The notes: a model not told the origin generated them from the letters alone. DNA of 64,000 bases from Planctomycetales bacterium (GCA_030606285.1 JAUWGS010000005.1:2716-66715), one strand, 5' to 3'; shown: positions 45,353 to 56,050, counted from the stretch's first letter. Program-made: numbers and translations.

Positions 45353-47215
45353 CTAATTCCTGGCGCCCTTCTGGAATCGCAGTCCCATCTTCTTGTACGC
45401 TCGGGCTTCTATGGGATGTTCATCCTCCAGAAGCTCCGCCAATCGAAGGTAGATCGAGGCGAAGGTTATGTTGTTTTCAATCCAGTTCGGGCGGGGGAAG
45501 TTGGGTGTGATGGGCTCCGTGATATCGCCGTAGCCCTGCATCGCTCTGATGAGAATGGAGCGCTCCCATCCCTCATTGCCTGCTTGCCTTGCCAGCCGCG
45601 CCAGCCCCCAGTGGTAGTGCGGCCGGTTAAACGGGTCCAGCCCAAGGGCATGCACGCCCCAGCCGATGCGCTTCTCCAAATCGCCTGCGGGAGGACACTG
45701 AGACATAAGATACGGCGCCTGGCTTTCGTATCTGTTCAGGTTCCACGCGTGCCCGGCAGACCTGGCCGCAGAAGCGAAATCGGGAGGACTCTCCCTGAGG
45801 GAAGCCAGGGCAAGGTCAATTTGAGTGCTTGCGTTCCAGCCCGCCATTGCAGACGTGGCCAGATTGCCCTGCTCCTTTCCTCTCCGTTCAGAAACGTACA
45901 ATACTCCCATCATAGCCACAACTACCATGGCCAGTGGCACGGCGATTCGCCAGACCCGATGAGAAGTAACAGCTTTGTCTGCTTCTGCACTCAGCACTGC
46001 GCCCAAAGACACCGCCGCGATTACTGCGAAAAACACCACGTTTGCCAGGTACGTGAAGTCGAAATCCACCAGCGCGTGGGCAAGAAAGCCAGCCAAGGCC
46101 GCCAGCATGAGCCTCTGCGGCCAGAGGTTGCCCGGCCTGAGAAGAGCGTTGGCGGTTCTGAGCTTGACTGAGTATTGCGCTACGAGCGCCGTGCCGAACG
46201 CCAGTCCCCACACGCCGGCCTCAGACATCGCTTTGAAGATGATGCCATGGGCATCTGTCGCGAAGTAGTGCCAGGACGGCTGAAGATAGGTGTAGTGAGA
46301 GCCGAAATTGCCCCAGCCCACGCCAAAAAGCGGGAAACGGGTGAACATCGACCAGGCCACAGACCAGAATGTCAGCCTGCCCTGTAGCGAGTAATCCGCC
46401 GCGTTCCAGATGCTGCTCAGACGAGCCGCCAGACTGCCATAGAAGCCGGTGAAGGCCAACAGCACCAGGATCGCAACCAGGAACCCAGAGGTCAGATACA
46501 ACGCCTTATTCCGCAGCTCAGCACCATCCCGCGGGGCTTCCTCTTGCACCTGACGAGGGCCACTTCTGCGCCCTGCAAGCGCCCAGAACAAGAGCAGCAG
46601 TGCCTGAAACGCCAGTGCTATGTAGGCGGCCCGGCTGAAGGTTAGCAGCAGAACGAGCAGAAGTATTGCGCCGACCAGAATGAAGGAGAGACCGCGCTGC
46701 CGGCGCACCATGGCAAACGCGAGGGGCCACGTCAATAGCAGAAAGGCTGCATAACTGTTATGCAAGCCAAAGGTCGAAAACAGATGCCTGTCTGGGGTTA
46801 TGTGTGTCAGACTCCATAAAAAGTAGAATAGCCCGTAGGGTGTTACGAAATAGAGGAATAGCCCGTAGAGCGCTACGAGCAGAGATGCAATCGCCAGCGT
46901 GCCAACAATGTCGGCACCTCCCAGCTTGCGGTTTCCCACGTAATGCGCCGCCAGGGCGTACGCGGATGCCGCCGATAGAAGCCACAGGGATACCTTGAGA
47001 GTTGGATACAGGTAAGTTGTCGTCAGAAGGCAGGCCAGAACGAACAAAATCCACAGGAGAATCGCCCTGGGGTTCGGCTTCAGTGTTCCAAAGGCGACCT
47101 CCCACGCGTAAAGCAGTGGAATGACGACAAGCCCCAGCAGCAGACCATACGAGCCGTTCCCGCCTTCAAACAGCGGCAGGAGCAGCAGCGCCAGCAGGAA
47201 GAGCATGCGACACAC
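45353..47215 (-). CDS. polytopic membrane protein, O-antigen ligase/Wzy_C-like with C-terminal soluble domain
   Basis: Multiple TM helices, with the segment FSRAAYIALAFQALLLLFW in a loop/helix pattern like the WaaL family. Confidence 0.5.
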   Translation of the reverse strand: MCRMLFLLALLLLPLFEGGNGSYGLLLGLVVIPLLYAWEVAFGTLKPNPRAILLWILFVLACLLTTTYLYPTLKVSLWLLSAASAYALAAHYVGNRKLGGADIVGTLAIASLLVALYGLFLYFVTPYGLFYFLWSLTHITPDRHLFSTFGLHNSYAAFLLLTWPLAFAMVRRQRGLSFILVGAILLLVLLLTFSRAAYIALAFQALLLLFWALAGRRSGPRQVQEEAPRDGAELRNKALYLTSGFLVAILVLLAFTGFYGSLAARLSSIWNAADYSLQGRLTFWSVAWSMFTRFPLFGVGWGNFGSHYTYLQPSWHYFATDAHGIIFKAMSEAGVWGLAFGTALVAQYSVKLRTANALLRPGNLWPQRLMLAALAGFLAHALVDFDFTYLANVVFFAVIAAVSLGAVLSAEADKAVTSHRVWRIAVPLAMVVVAMMGVLYVSERRGKEQGNLATSAMAGWNASTQIDLALASLRESPPDFASAARSAGHAWNLNRYESQAPYLMSQCPPAGDLEKRIGWGVHALGLDPFNRPHYHWGLARLARQAGNEGWERSILIRAMQGYGDITEPITPNFPRPNWIENNITFASIYLRLAELLEDEHPIEARAYKKMGLRFQKGARN

Positions 47216-47244
47216 AACCTGATTCTAGCAGCTCAGGCGCAATG

Positions 47245-48852
47245 CTAGGCCATGGTCACATAAAATGTAAGGAAGTAGGCACCCCGCACGTACTCGTAAG
47301 GCGCGCCAACAAACATAAAGCCGAGGAAGAACACGAAGATGAACGGGATGAGCACAGCCAGCCGCTGGAAGAGGAAAGGCTCAAAGTATGTCTGTTGCTC
47401 CACTGTGGCTGGTTTCAGCAGGTACATCCGGCGGATCACGTCGAAGTAGTAATACGCGGCGATGACGGCGTTTACCGCACCCACAATAACTAGCAGCAAG
47501 TTGAGCGGGTTCAGGAACAATATCAGCGAAGCGAACACAAGGAACTTGGCGATGAAGCCCATCGTGGGCGGTATGCCCGTGAGCGCAAGCAAAAAGACGG
47601 TCATAAATAGCGCCAGGAAGGGCGAACGACGGAAGAAGCCGTTATAGCTATCCAGTGCGTCACTGCCACCGGAAATCTCGTTGAGCATTGCTATGAGGAA
47701 CGCACCCAGATTCATCATGAAGTACACCATGAGGTAGTAGAGTGCACTGTAGAACCCGATGTTCTCCGTGGCCCGGAATGCCGATGTGGCTGCAATCAGG
47801 GCCATCAATACATATCCCATCTGAGCGATGCCCGAGTACGCGAGTAAGCGCTTGAACGACCGCTGGCGCAAGGCCATGATGTTGCCCCAGAACATCGTTA
47901 GAATTGCGACAAACGCAACCATCGGCACCCACGCATCACTCACGGGCAGGAATCCGAGCATGAACAGGCGCATGAAAACCGCGAACCCCGCAACCTTGGG
48001 AAAGACGGAAAGGAAAGCCGCAACCGGCGTCGGCGCTCCCTCATAAGTGTCGGGAATCCACATATGGAATGGCGCTACGCCAATCTTGTAGCCGATGCCC
48101 ACAAGGATCATCGTGAACGCAAGGACAACCATCGGGTGGCCGGTCACCAGCCCTTTAACCTCAAGGAACGACTTCAAGTCGTAGAGGTTGGTGGACCCGC
48201 AGATGCCATAGATGAGCGCAATGCCAAACAGCAGTGTCGCCGAAGAAACCACCCCGTAGATGAATATCTTCAAGCCACTTTCCAGCGACCGGATGCTGTC
48301 CTTGTAGTAGGCAGCCATTATGTAGAGCATAATGGAGGCGAACTCGGTCATCACATATATCGCAAGCAGGTCGGATGAACCGACCATGAGGTCGAAAGCC
48401 ACGGTAGCCATCAACATCAGCACGATGAACTCGACGCGGTACTTCTTCAGCAGTCCGTAACCCATAATGACGAGGAAGAGGAAGATGTCGCCCCAGTCCA
48501 TCAGTTGCTTGAAGAAGAGCGCGAACGGATCGATCGTCTCAAGCCCCCCCCAGAAGGTCCCCAGCCCGTAGGTGAAATAGCGGGAGGTGAACTGCATCAT
48601 GTGCAGCGTCATGAGGAAGTTGCTCAATGCGCCGAATATCGCCAGCCAGATGACCAGATTCAGGTTCTCCTTGCGGGAGAAGACCCAGACGGCGATGATA
48701 AGGAGAATGGCAAGGACCAGAAACAGCTCGGGGAAAAGCAGGTAGTAGGCAGGATGATCGAACGCCCACTGGTTAAAGCCCTGTATCGGCTGCGAGAAGA
48801 TGTAGACCACTCGCCCCCAGATCGTGGTCAACAGGCTGATCAGGAAGTCCAT
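47245..48852 (-). CDS. proton-pumping complex I subunit N / MrpD-family membrane protein (orphan, no other nuo genes nearby)
   Basis: WIPDTYEGAPTPVAAFLS and the overall NuoN/ND2 topology. Confidence 0.8.
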   Translation of the reverse strand: MDFLISLLTTIWGRVVYIFSQPIQGFNQWAFDHPAYYLLFPELFLVLAILLIIAVWVFSRKENLNLVIWLAIFGALSNFLMTLHMMQFTSRYFTYGLGTFWGGLETIDPFALFFKQLMDWGDIFLFLVIMGYGLLKKYRVEFIVLMLMATVAFDLMVGSSDLLAIYVMTEFASIMLYIMAAYYKDSIRSLESGLKIFIYGVVSSATLLFGIALIYGICGSTNLYDLKSFLEVKGLVTGHPMVVLAFTMILVGIGYKIGVAPFHMWIPDTYEGAPTPVAAFLSVFPKVAGFAVFMRLFMLGFLPVSDAWVPMVAFVAILTMFWGNIMALRQRSFKRLLAYSGIAQMGYVLMALIAATSAFRATENIGFYSALYYLMVYFMMNLGAFLIAMLNEISGGSDALDSYNGFFRRSPFLALFMTVFLLALTGIPPTMGFIAKFLVFASLILFLNPLNLLLVIVGAVNAVIAAYYYFDVIRRMYLLKPATVEQQTYFEPFLFQRLAVLIPFIFVFFLGFMFVGAPYEYVRGAYFLTFYVTMA

Positions 48853-48943
48853 TGCGCGTCCCTAAAAAGACACAAGGCAACCGTGCTTGCCCTGTGTCCT
48901 GGGATTATACAACAACTACTTGCGACTTACTGCAAACGGCCAG

Positions 48944-49810
48944 TTAGTCTTTGGGTATGTAGGTCTTAGTCTTGCTTACCGAACCGTATGGCGTAGAGTA
49001 CGTAAGGCCTATGGTCACAAGACTCTGACTGGCAGACACCACGGTGATCCGGAGTGTCTCCTGATACCCCATCGGTATACTAATGCTCGACCCTTCGGAC
49101 CTGGTGACAAGCTGCCCGTTGATGGACATGTTCACCCGCTGCACCAATCCGATCTGCATGACCGACCAGACTTCGATCTCGATTGAGTCGAGGACTGCGG
49201 TGCCGTAGGACTTGATTATGTACTCGAGTATCGAGTCGTAGTCCGTTTCACCGGAACGGGGAGGACGAATCTCCTCCGGGATGGCGCTGGTGACAATCAT
49301 GAGCGGGTCCGTCCTGCCCGTGTCCGGATAGGGAAGTTCTTCTTCGGGTATGACCGGAGTCTCACTCGCTTCGGCCTCTTTAAGCCGGGCCCGGATGATG
49401 TCGTTTGAGTCTATCTGCTCGAAAGCCGCGAGTTCATCCCTCTTTTCTTCCTGCGTAAGTAGGACCTCCGGTTCTGATGGCACCTCGCCGGCTCCCGGAG
49501 CCTCGCCGTCAACGCCAGGTATGGCCGGAGCCCCAGGAGTTGCTGCTTCTCCGGGAGCGGCTGGTCCCGTTGCAGCGGGCATATCAGCGCCTATGCCGGG
49601 CATAGCTATCTGAGCACCTCCTGCTGGCATCTTCTGCGCGGGTGGTGCAGCCTGCTCAGCAGGAGATTCCTCAGGCGCGATGTACTCGGGGATGTCTCCT
49701 GCGAAGTAGCCACCGCCAGCCATGAAGTTCCACAGAAGGTAGCCGCCTCCTAAGACAACGACTACTATCAGTATAATCATCAGATTCTTGTTCATTGGCG
49801 CGTTTTGCAT
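48944..49810 (-). CDS. PilP-like pilus assembly protein (TM anchor, Pro/Ala-rich linker, C-terminal beta domain)
   Basis: Position downstream of pilO-like; architecture only. Confidence 0.4.
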   Translation of the reverse strand: MQNAPMNKNLMIILIVVVVLGGGYLLWNFMAGGGYFAGDIPEYIAPEESPAEQAAPPAQKMPAGGAQIAMPGIGADMPAATGPAAPGEAATPGAPAIPGVDGEAPGAGEVPSEPEVLLTQEEKRDELAAFEQIDSNDIIRARLKEAEASETPVIPEEELPYPDTGRTDPLMIVTSAIPEEIRPPRSGETDYDSILEYIIKSYGTAVLDSIEIEVWSVMQIGLVQRVNMSINGQLVTRSEGSSISIPMGYQETLRITVVSASQSLVTIGLTYSTPYGSVSKTKTYIPKD

Positions 49811-49826
49811 ATCAATTCACCCAACC

Positions 49827-50630
49827 TCAGAGCTTCTTATCTCCAGGCATACCGGGAGGAACCTCGCCCGAAACCAGTCCTTCCGGATTCATAAAATACA
49901 CCGTTATGTAGATCTCGTACAAGGAGAACGTCCTGTACCCGTATACATTGTCATCTCCACCGCTATTCTTGAAACCGTGAACAGTCACGAAATAGGTGGA
50001 ATCCGTCTGCAGGTCTTTCACAAATTTCCGCAACCGCTCATAGGTCATCGTGAACTCGGTTATCTTTATGTGCATGGGTTCGAGGAAGTTGGCCATGCGA
50101 GCGGCGACTTCCCCGGTCCCCGTGCCCTCACCAATGTACTCCCAGGAGAACAGGTCCACAGCGTCTGTAATCGGCGGGAGCGTTTCGATCGGATCCATCT
50201 TGTACGTAACCTTGAACTTAATGTCAGGTTCGATCGCGATAGAGGCCGAGTAAATGTCGTGATTCATCAACACGTCCAGGAACCACAACTCGAAGAAGGT
50301 CACGATGTCATCCTGGCCCTTAAGGAAATAACGCTGCTCTTGTTCCAGTTTGCCGTCCATTACCGCATTTAAGTCCTCTGCTGTAGGGAGCATCCGGGCC
50401 TTGGTCTGAGCTACCTCGTTTGTTCGCTTCTGCTGCTGGATGCGGGCGTTAATAGAGTCGATTTCAGCGGTCTTCGCGATGTAGACGGACTTCCAGAAGA
50501 CGCCGATCGCAGCGACAATGATGATGGCGAACACAATGCCCACATTCAGCGGCGTGAATATCGGCTTGGGTGGCTTCCGCTCAGCAGGAGCCCCTCCTGC
50601 CGGCTTACCCCTATTAGGTGCTGAGGACAT
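49827..50630 (-). CDS. PilO-like type IV pilus inner-membrane assembly protein
   Basis: Single TM + coiled coil + periplasmic domain; overlaps pilMN stop. Confidence 0.55.
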   Translation of the reverse strand: MSSAPNRGKPAGGAPAERKPPKPIFTPLNVGIVFAIIIVAAIGVFWKSVYIAKTAEIDSINARIQQQKRTNEVAQTKARMLPTAEDLNAVMDGKLEQEQRYFLKGQDDIVTFFELWFLDVLMNHDIYSASIAIEPDIKFKVTYKMDPIETLPPITDAVDLFSWEYIGEGTGTGEVAARMANFLEPMHIKITEFTMTYERLRKFVKDLQTDSTYFVTVHGFKNSGGDDNVYGYRTFSLYEIYITVYFMNPEGLVSGEVPPGMPGDKKL

Positions 50631-52599
50631 CCTTGGTTACCTCCTCAAGTACGTTCAGACCACTGATCGCTTCTTCCTGAACGAGGGCCTTGTCCTGCAA
50701 CTTGGTCGTAATGTCGAACTTGAACATGTAGCTCCCGACGAACATTTCCCGGGACTCGAAGTAATCTTCGATTGACCTACCTGCACGCATGCCCAATCGC
50801 GGCAGCTCGAAATCGGCAGGCATGCTCTCCGCGAAGTCACGGTTACCCAGCCCCTCACGGCTATTCCATGTCCTGCTACGCTGCGAGAGAATCCCCTGGC
50901 TAATATTGCGAGAAGCCGACAAACCGGAACCGTGTGGAGTCTGAGCACTCACAAGGCCCATTCCGGCGGCCCCACCACCGCCACCGGCACCGATGCCACC
51001 CTCGCCTGAGCCACTGCTCAGGCTCTCTACAGTCTCATTAACAGTCGTCTGGGTAAAGAAATCAGAAGAGTCGAGGGATATGGCGAACTGCATTATGTCA
51101 ATCCGGTCGACCGCAACCCCCGTCATAACGATTTCTTTGGTGGCAGCTTCGAAATCAATTTCATCTATGTAGCACGTGTCAGGGATCATGTTGCCCACCT
51201 CTTCCATGATCGCCGGCCACATAATCTGCCCCTTCACGAGGGCAAATATCTGGCTGAACTTCGGCTTCTTCGTAGAAATCTCGCTCTTTATCTGGTCGAA
51301 TTCGTCAGCGTCTCCCCTCCATTTAGCCTCTTCAGCCTGGACGTTCTGAAGTTCGGCGTTAGCGGCGCTTTCCTTGGCGGCCCAATCCACGTGCGAGTAA
51401 TACATGAACCCGACCATGATCAGAAGCAGCACAATGCCGATCTTGAAAACGTTCCAGGCTTGCTGACGGACGAAGTACACAGACGGAAGAAGGTTGTATT
51501 CGATCTTGCCCTTCTTGAAAAAGTCAACGCACAGCCCAGCGGCTACGATCATTTTCTCAGCGTTGTTGTGGAGTACGTCCAGCGCGTATACGCCTTGCTG
51601 GTACTGCACCAGCGAGGAAAGCGAGACCTCGCTGACCTCCAGACCGGTCTCCCGCTCAAGATAACCCGCCAGGTTCTTGAAATAGCGGATATTGCCGAAG
51701 AACATCAGTTTCCCGACGCGGTCGGTGCGCGCAGCTTGTGACTCGTAGTAACGCATCGAACGCACCAGCTCGGTCACGAAACTTGCGAACACGGCCATTA
51801 CAGCTTCGCGCAGGCGGTTGTCCTCCGTCGGGTCAACCTCTTCTTCCGCAAGCATGAGATCAACGGGCTCAGCCCGAAGGTATTCCTCAGCCTCGTGTAC
51901 GCCAACTCCGAGAAGCTGGGCGATCTTAGCGACGATGCTGTTGTAGCCCAGTTCGATCGACCGCGCCATCCTGAACGTGCCGTCGAGGAAGAAAGAGAGC
52001 TCGGAGATCGTGTCGCGCATGTCTACAATGCCCACCGACTGCGTGTAGCCCTCCAGCTTGGTGCTTAGAAGGTTCCATGAAGCGAGACTGGTGATCTTGA
52101 TAGCCCAGACATCAATGCCAGCGTACTGCAATGTGGTGACCAGCGACTGAATCGTCGAAGCTCGCGTGGCAACCAGCAGTATCTCCTGCATAGCCTGAGC
52201 TGCACCCTTGCGCTGTGGCAGCACCCGGTAATCGTAGACGGTATCGCCAGGCGGGAATGGAACGTACTGGTTTATCTGCAGGCTAATTGCCTGCCGCGTC
52301 TGCGGAGCACCCATCCGGGGCAGCTCAATGACTCTGGTTATCGCAGCTTTTCCGGACAGCGAGACTATGGCTTTCTTCGCGTTGATGCCATTGGTCTCCA
52401 GTATCTCCTTGATACGCTCAGCCAGGCCCCTCGCGTCGGCGATGCGCCCGGCCGAAAAGAACGCAGGTTCTATCTCGGCAATGGCGAAGCGCTCCAGGAT
52501 GTACTCGCTACCCGCCTTGGAGAGGGCAACGACCCTGATCTCGTTCGACGTAAGGTCAATACCGATATCGACCGTTCTTCCACCTTTTTTTCTGGCCAT
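50614..52599 (-). CDS. fused PilM (actin-like ATPase fold) - PilN (TM + periplasmic) protein with Gly-rich C-terminal insert
   Basis: RTVDIGIDLTSNEIRVVAL... PilM N-terminus; mid-protein TM IGIVLLLIMVGFMYY; GSGEGGIGAGGGGGAAGMG. Confidence 0.75.
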   Translation of the reverse strand: MARKKGGRTVDIGIDLTSNEIRVVALSKAGSEYILERFAIAEIEPAFFSAGRIADARGLAERIKEILETNGINAKKAIVSLSGKAAITRVIELPRMGAPQTRQAISLQINQYVPFPPGDTVYDYRVLPQRKGAAQAMQEILLVATRASTIQSLVTTLQYAGIDVWAIKITSLASWNLLSTKLEGYTQSVGIVDMRDTISELSFFLDGTFRMARSIELGYNSIVAKIAQLLGVGVHEAEEYLRAEPVDLMLAEEEVDPTEDNRLREAVMAVFASFVTELVRSMRYYESQAARTDRVGKLMFFGNIRYFKNLAGYLERETGLEVSEVSLSSLVQYQQGVYALDVLHNNAEKMIVAAGLCVDFFKKGKIEYNLLPSVYFVRQQAWNVFKIGIVLLLIMVGFMYYSHVDWAAKESAANAELQNVQAEEAKWRGDADEFDQIKSEISTKKPKFSQIFALVKGQIMWPAIMEEVGNMIPDTCYIDEIDFEAATKEIVMTGVAVDRIDIMQFAISLDSSDFFTQTTVNETVESLSSGSGEGGIGAGGGGGAAGMGLVSAQTPHGSGLSASRNISQGILSQRSRTWNSREGLGNRDFAESMPADFELPRLGMRAGRSIEDYFESREMFVGSYMFKFDITTKLQDKALVQEEAISGLNVLEEVTKDVLST

Positions 52600-52709
52600 A
52601 GGATCCCTCGCGGGATTTCAGATTACCCTAATAGTTTGACTAGAGAGCGGCGCTCTTGTTTCAACCGCAGCCGCCCCATTTCAAAACACATCGCGTCGGC
52701 CCTCAACAA

Positions 52710-55700
52710 CTACTTATCGTCTACCAGGTTCACAGTCAGCGTAATAAACACGTAGCTGTTGTCCTCAGACTTGGAGTGGTGCTGGAAGAAATTACCCACA
52801 AAGGGCAGTTTGCTGAGGAACGGCACCGCGAATATCTGGTCAGAGATTTCACGGGTCTGCAGACCGCCAATCAAAGCAGTCGAACCGTCACTCAGGCGGA
52901 AGTATGTGCCCAAGGACGTACTGGTGGTGGGCTGGAATGTCGCAGCTCCATCCGGAGACACCTGCTGCGGGCCATCAAAGTTGCTGATGTCTATTTCCAC
53001 GTACATCGTCATCCGACCCCAGTCGTCGATATTCACCGTGAAGTTGATATCAGTGCCGACCGTGACCTCATCGAAGGTGGACTGCCTGATCGCATTACCG
53101 TTCTGGTCGAAGGCAATGGTCTGGCGGAAATTGCCCCGTGTGCGGTCTACGGTTAGATAACCGTTGAATCCGTCTATGACAGCGATTTCGCTCTCCGTTA
53201 CCACCTTGGCCTTGCGCTCGGCGATTAGCGCGTCAAACGTTGCCGAGTAATTCTCGGGCAGCATAATCGTGTTTTTAGGTAGTATGCTGAGACCGAGACC
53301 TCCGTCTGCGTAGTCGAACACCCAGCGGCCCAGTCCTGTCGGTGCCTGCGCTGTTGCGGCGAGCATACCGTAGACTTCCTGCGGGTTCTCACTGACCTGA
53401 TAGACAGTGATCTTCACCGCAGCCTGCTTCGGCGGCTTGTCGATCTTCCGGATAATCGACTGAACCACATCCAGTGTGTCACGGGAGCCTCGCATCACAA
53501 CGAGTCCGCTCTTCGCGGTGGGAATCGGAATAGAACCTGCGCCACCGCCACCGCCAGCGCCGCCGGCACCGCCACCGCCAGCGCCACCGGCACCTCCACC
53601 GCCGGCGCCACCTCCGCCACCGGCACCGCCGCCTCCGCCGGGACCAACCTGCATCGGCTCGGTTCCGAAGTAGCCTGAAGTCATCGAGGAGCTAGCAGCT
53701 GCGTACGCGGAAGAAGGATAGTCTGCGCTATAGCGGCCGCCACCGCTGCTACCGCCGCCACCGCTGCTGCCGCCACCGCCGCCGCCGAACCCGCCACCAC
53801 CGCCGCCGCCGATGCCACCGCCGCGGCTCTCGTAAACATACCAGCCGACGGTCACGGATGGAAGCAGGTCAAGATTGAAAAGTATCTGGTAGATCTCGTT
53901 CGGATCAGCGTAGTGTAGCTGGTAGAAATCTATCTCGTTGGCGATGTCGATCTCCTGCTCCTTGCGCTCACGGCTTGTGATCAGGATGACCGGCTTCGCG
54001 TATGGATCGACCTCGTCACGATACACAATCTTCTTGAACTGATGAGTCTCGAGGATTATGTCAAGTGCAGTGTCCCACGGCACGTTCTCGAAGTTACCGA
54101 TGACTGATCCCGGCTCAGTAATCAACGCGTTGAACTGGGCGGCATCCCTGAAGCCAATCGGGCTGCCGTCGCCGCCGAGGTCCAGCGGATCCAGAACACG
54201 ACGATTCGCAACACCGCCAATAGGCTCATCGGTGATGTACGGGTCGATAATGATCGATATGCCCGCGATCTGGGACATCAGGTTCAGCACCTGGTACACG
54301 GAGAAGCCGGTCGACGCATTGAGGTTGACCAGTACGTCGGACAGCTTACCCTCGAACTCCTCGAAGCCAGGCAGCTCGTAATCGCCCACCTCGGACGTAC
54401 CCTCAATCTCCATACGCGGGTAGTCTTCGTCGGCATCAAGGCTGTCGTATACGTCATCCACGGTTGCCATGCTGCCATCGTCCGCATACCTGCCCTCGTC
54501 ACCGGACGTCTCAGAACCCAGGGTGTAAGAGCCCGCGCTCGGTGCTGGCTTCATGGGTTTCGGCTGGCGCTGGGGCAGCGTCATCGGTGTGAGCTCCAGA
54601 TCGAAGCTCTGACCGTTCAGCTTCCCTGTACGCGCGAATCCGTACTCCACTTTGTTATTAAATGAGAGGATTATGCGGGTGCATATCTCGTCGCCGACTA
54701 TGTACTCGGATACGGTCAGGTTGCGTACAAGCGGGTCATTCTTGAATATGTAGTTGGAGACCGCTTCTGAGGGCGGCAGGTCAATAAGGACATTGTATCC
54801 GCGCGGGAACTCTATCGGCACGACATGTGCCACCGTGGGTTCGCTCGCGCGTATTGCGAGGACCATCGTAGTGGGGTCGTAGTTAATGTAGTTCACAACA
54901 CCGCCGCTCGGCACGGTCGAATTGACCACATAGGACCGCTCCTCTGTCACTTCCACAGGCGGCTTCTCAGCCACCGGAGCCGGTGCGGGCGCAGTAGTCT
55001 CGACAATGGGGAGCACAACATTCCTGGCCTCTGGGAAGGAAATCCTGAGCACCCGGCCGCCGTCGCTGACTGCATCGTCGAACTTGATGTTCTGTAAGTT
55101 AAGGAACCCAACGACGATTCGCGTCCTGCAAGCGTCCCCCTCTGTGAGGAAGTAGGTGCGGATATCGCGTATAGCGCCTATGTTCTTCGCAATGAGCCCG
55201 TCCACCGTGGGTGACAGGGCCGCCTGGGGCAATATCAGCATAAGGGAGGGCGGGAACTTCGAGGTCGCGAGTTCGTACTCTATCGGCTCCTCAGCTTTGA
55301 TAACCAACGTGTGCATATCCCGCTCGAAATAGACTGCTGATATCAGATTGCCGGTGAAGGTAGCTGGAGGTGCAGGAGGCTCGGGCTCGGCAACTTCCAC
55401 CACAGGTTCCGGAACAGCCTCGGGCTGCGGAGGCTCCACATCGCCATTCAGCATGCCCATAGTGAGTTCACTACGGTCGGAAAGAGGATAGAACACTTCA
55501 AGCACCAGCAGCCCGTCTCGGGGGCGAGACCATCGATAAGCGTCATCGCCTACCTTACCCTTCACATCGAGATAGACCACGAGCACCACCGTGTCAGTAT
55601 CCCCTGCAACGAGCACATTCTTGATCAGTGTCGTCCCCTTCACCTGCGGGCTGACAGTCTTGAGCTCTGAACCAGAGAACTGTGCCTCGATGCGTGTGGG

Positions 55701-55910
55701 ATACAGCTTGACAACGGTCTCAGGCTGTACGTCTCGATCCACCTCGAAGATGACCAGGTCTCGGTCCGCCAAGGCCTTCACCTTGACGTCCGATATCTGG
55801 TTCACCCGCGCCGCAGAAGCGCTTACCGCGAGGAAGACCAGAAGCACAAATGCCAAGACGCTGACTCCGGATATCTTCTTGTTGCAGTGCATCACGGAGG
55901 TACCCTCCAA
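52710..55910 (-). CDS. pilQ: type IV pilus secretin PilQ with N-terminal AMIN domains and long Gly-rich low-complexity insert
   Basis: C-terminal secretin signature ...AVPFLSKLPFVGNFFQHH...; AMIN-like repeats near N-terminus; (G)n tracts. Confidence 0.85.
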   Translation of the reverse strand: MEGTSVMHCNKKISGVSVLAFVLLVFLAVSASAARVNQISDVKVKALADRDLVIFEVDRDVQPETVVKLYPTRIEAQFSGSELKTVSPQVKGTTLIKNVLVAGDTDTVVLVVYLDVKGKVGDDAYRWSRPRDGLLVLEVFYPLSDRSELTMGMLNGDVEPPQPEAVPEPVVEVAEPEPPAPPATFTGNLISAVYFERDMHTLVIKAEEPIEYELATSKFPPSLMLILPQAALSPTVDGLIAKNIGAIRDIRTYFLTEGDACRTRIVVGFLNLQNIKFDDAVSDGGRVLRISFPEARNVVLPIVETTAPAPAPVAEKPPVEVTEERSYVVNSTVPSGGVVNYINYDPTTMVLAIRASEPTVAHVVPIEFPRGYNVLIDLPPSEAVSNYIFKNDPLVRNLTVSEYIVGDEICTRIILSFNNKVEYGFARTGKLNGQSFDLELTPMTLPQRQPKPMKPAPSAGSYTLGSETSGDEGRYADDGSMATVDDVYDSLDADEDYPRMEIEGTSEVGDYELPGFEEFEGKLSDVLVNLNASTGFSVYQVLNLMSQIAGISIIIDPYITDEPIGGVANRRVLDPLDLGGDGSPIGFRDAAQFNALITEPGSVIGNFENVPWDTALDIILETHQFKKIVYRDEVDPYAKPVILITSRERKEQEIDIANEIDFYQLHYADPNEIYQILFNLDLLPSVTVGWYVYESRGGGIGGGGGGGFGGGGGGSSGGGGSSGGGRYSADYPSSAYAAASSSMTSGYFGTEPMQVGPGGGGGAGGGGGAGGGGAGGAGGGGAGGAGGGGGAGSIPIPTAKSGLVVMRGSRDTLDVVQSIIRKIDKPPKQAAVKITVYQVSENPQEVYGMLAATAQAPTGLGRWVFDYADGGLGLSILPKNTIMLPENYSATFDALIAERKAKVVTESEIAVIDGFNGYLTVDRTRGNFRQTIAFDQNGNAIRQSTFDEVTVGTDINFTVNIDDWGRMTMYVEIDISNFDGPQQVSPDGAATFQPTTSTSLGTYFRLSDGSTALIGGLQTREISDQIFAVPFLSKLPFVGNFFQHHSKSEDNSYVFITLTVNLVDDK

Positions 55911-56021
55911 GACAGGTTTAACTACTATTTATGCACCGACCGGTGCCCCTTCCTCACTTCCGGACTTATAAAACAGCCTGCCCCAAGAAACAGCAGGCCG
56001 AGTTGTTCCCCAGACTGGAGG

Positions 56022-56050
56022 ATTCTACGTAACATATCGGGCATTGTCAA
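56022..56050 (-). promoter_or_regulatory. sigma70-type promoter for pilQ: TTGACA-17 nt-TAGAAT (on minus strand)
   Basis: Plus strand has tgtcaa at 56045-56050 and attcta at 56022-56027 with a 17-nt spacer, about 110 nt upstream of the pilQ ATG. Confidence 0.5.

Noticed and set aside
47245-48852. NuoN-like gene as DabB of a DAB CO2-uptake system
   Set aside because: There is no adjacent DabA-like (~800-aa soluble) gene. The neighbours are pilus and Wzy-like membrane proteins.
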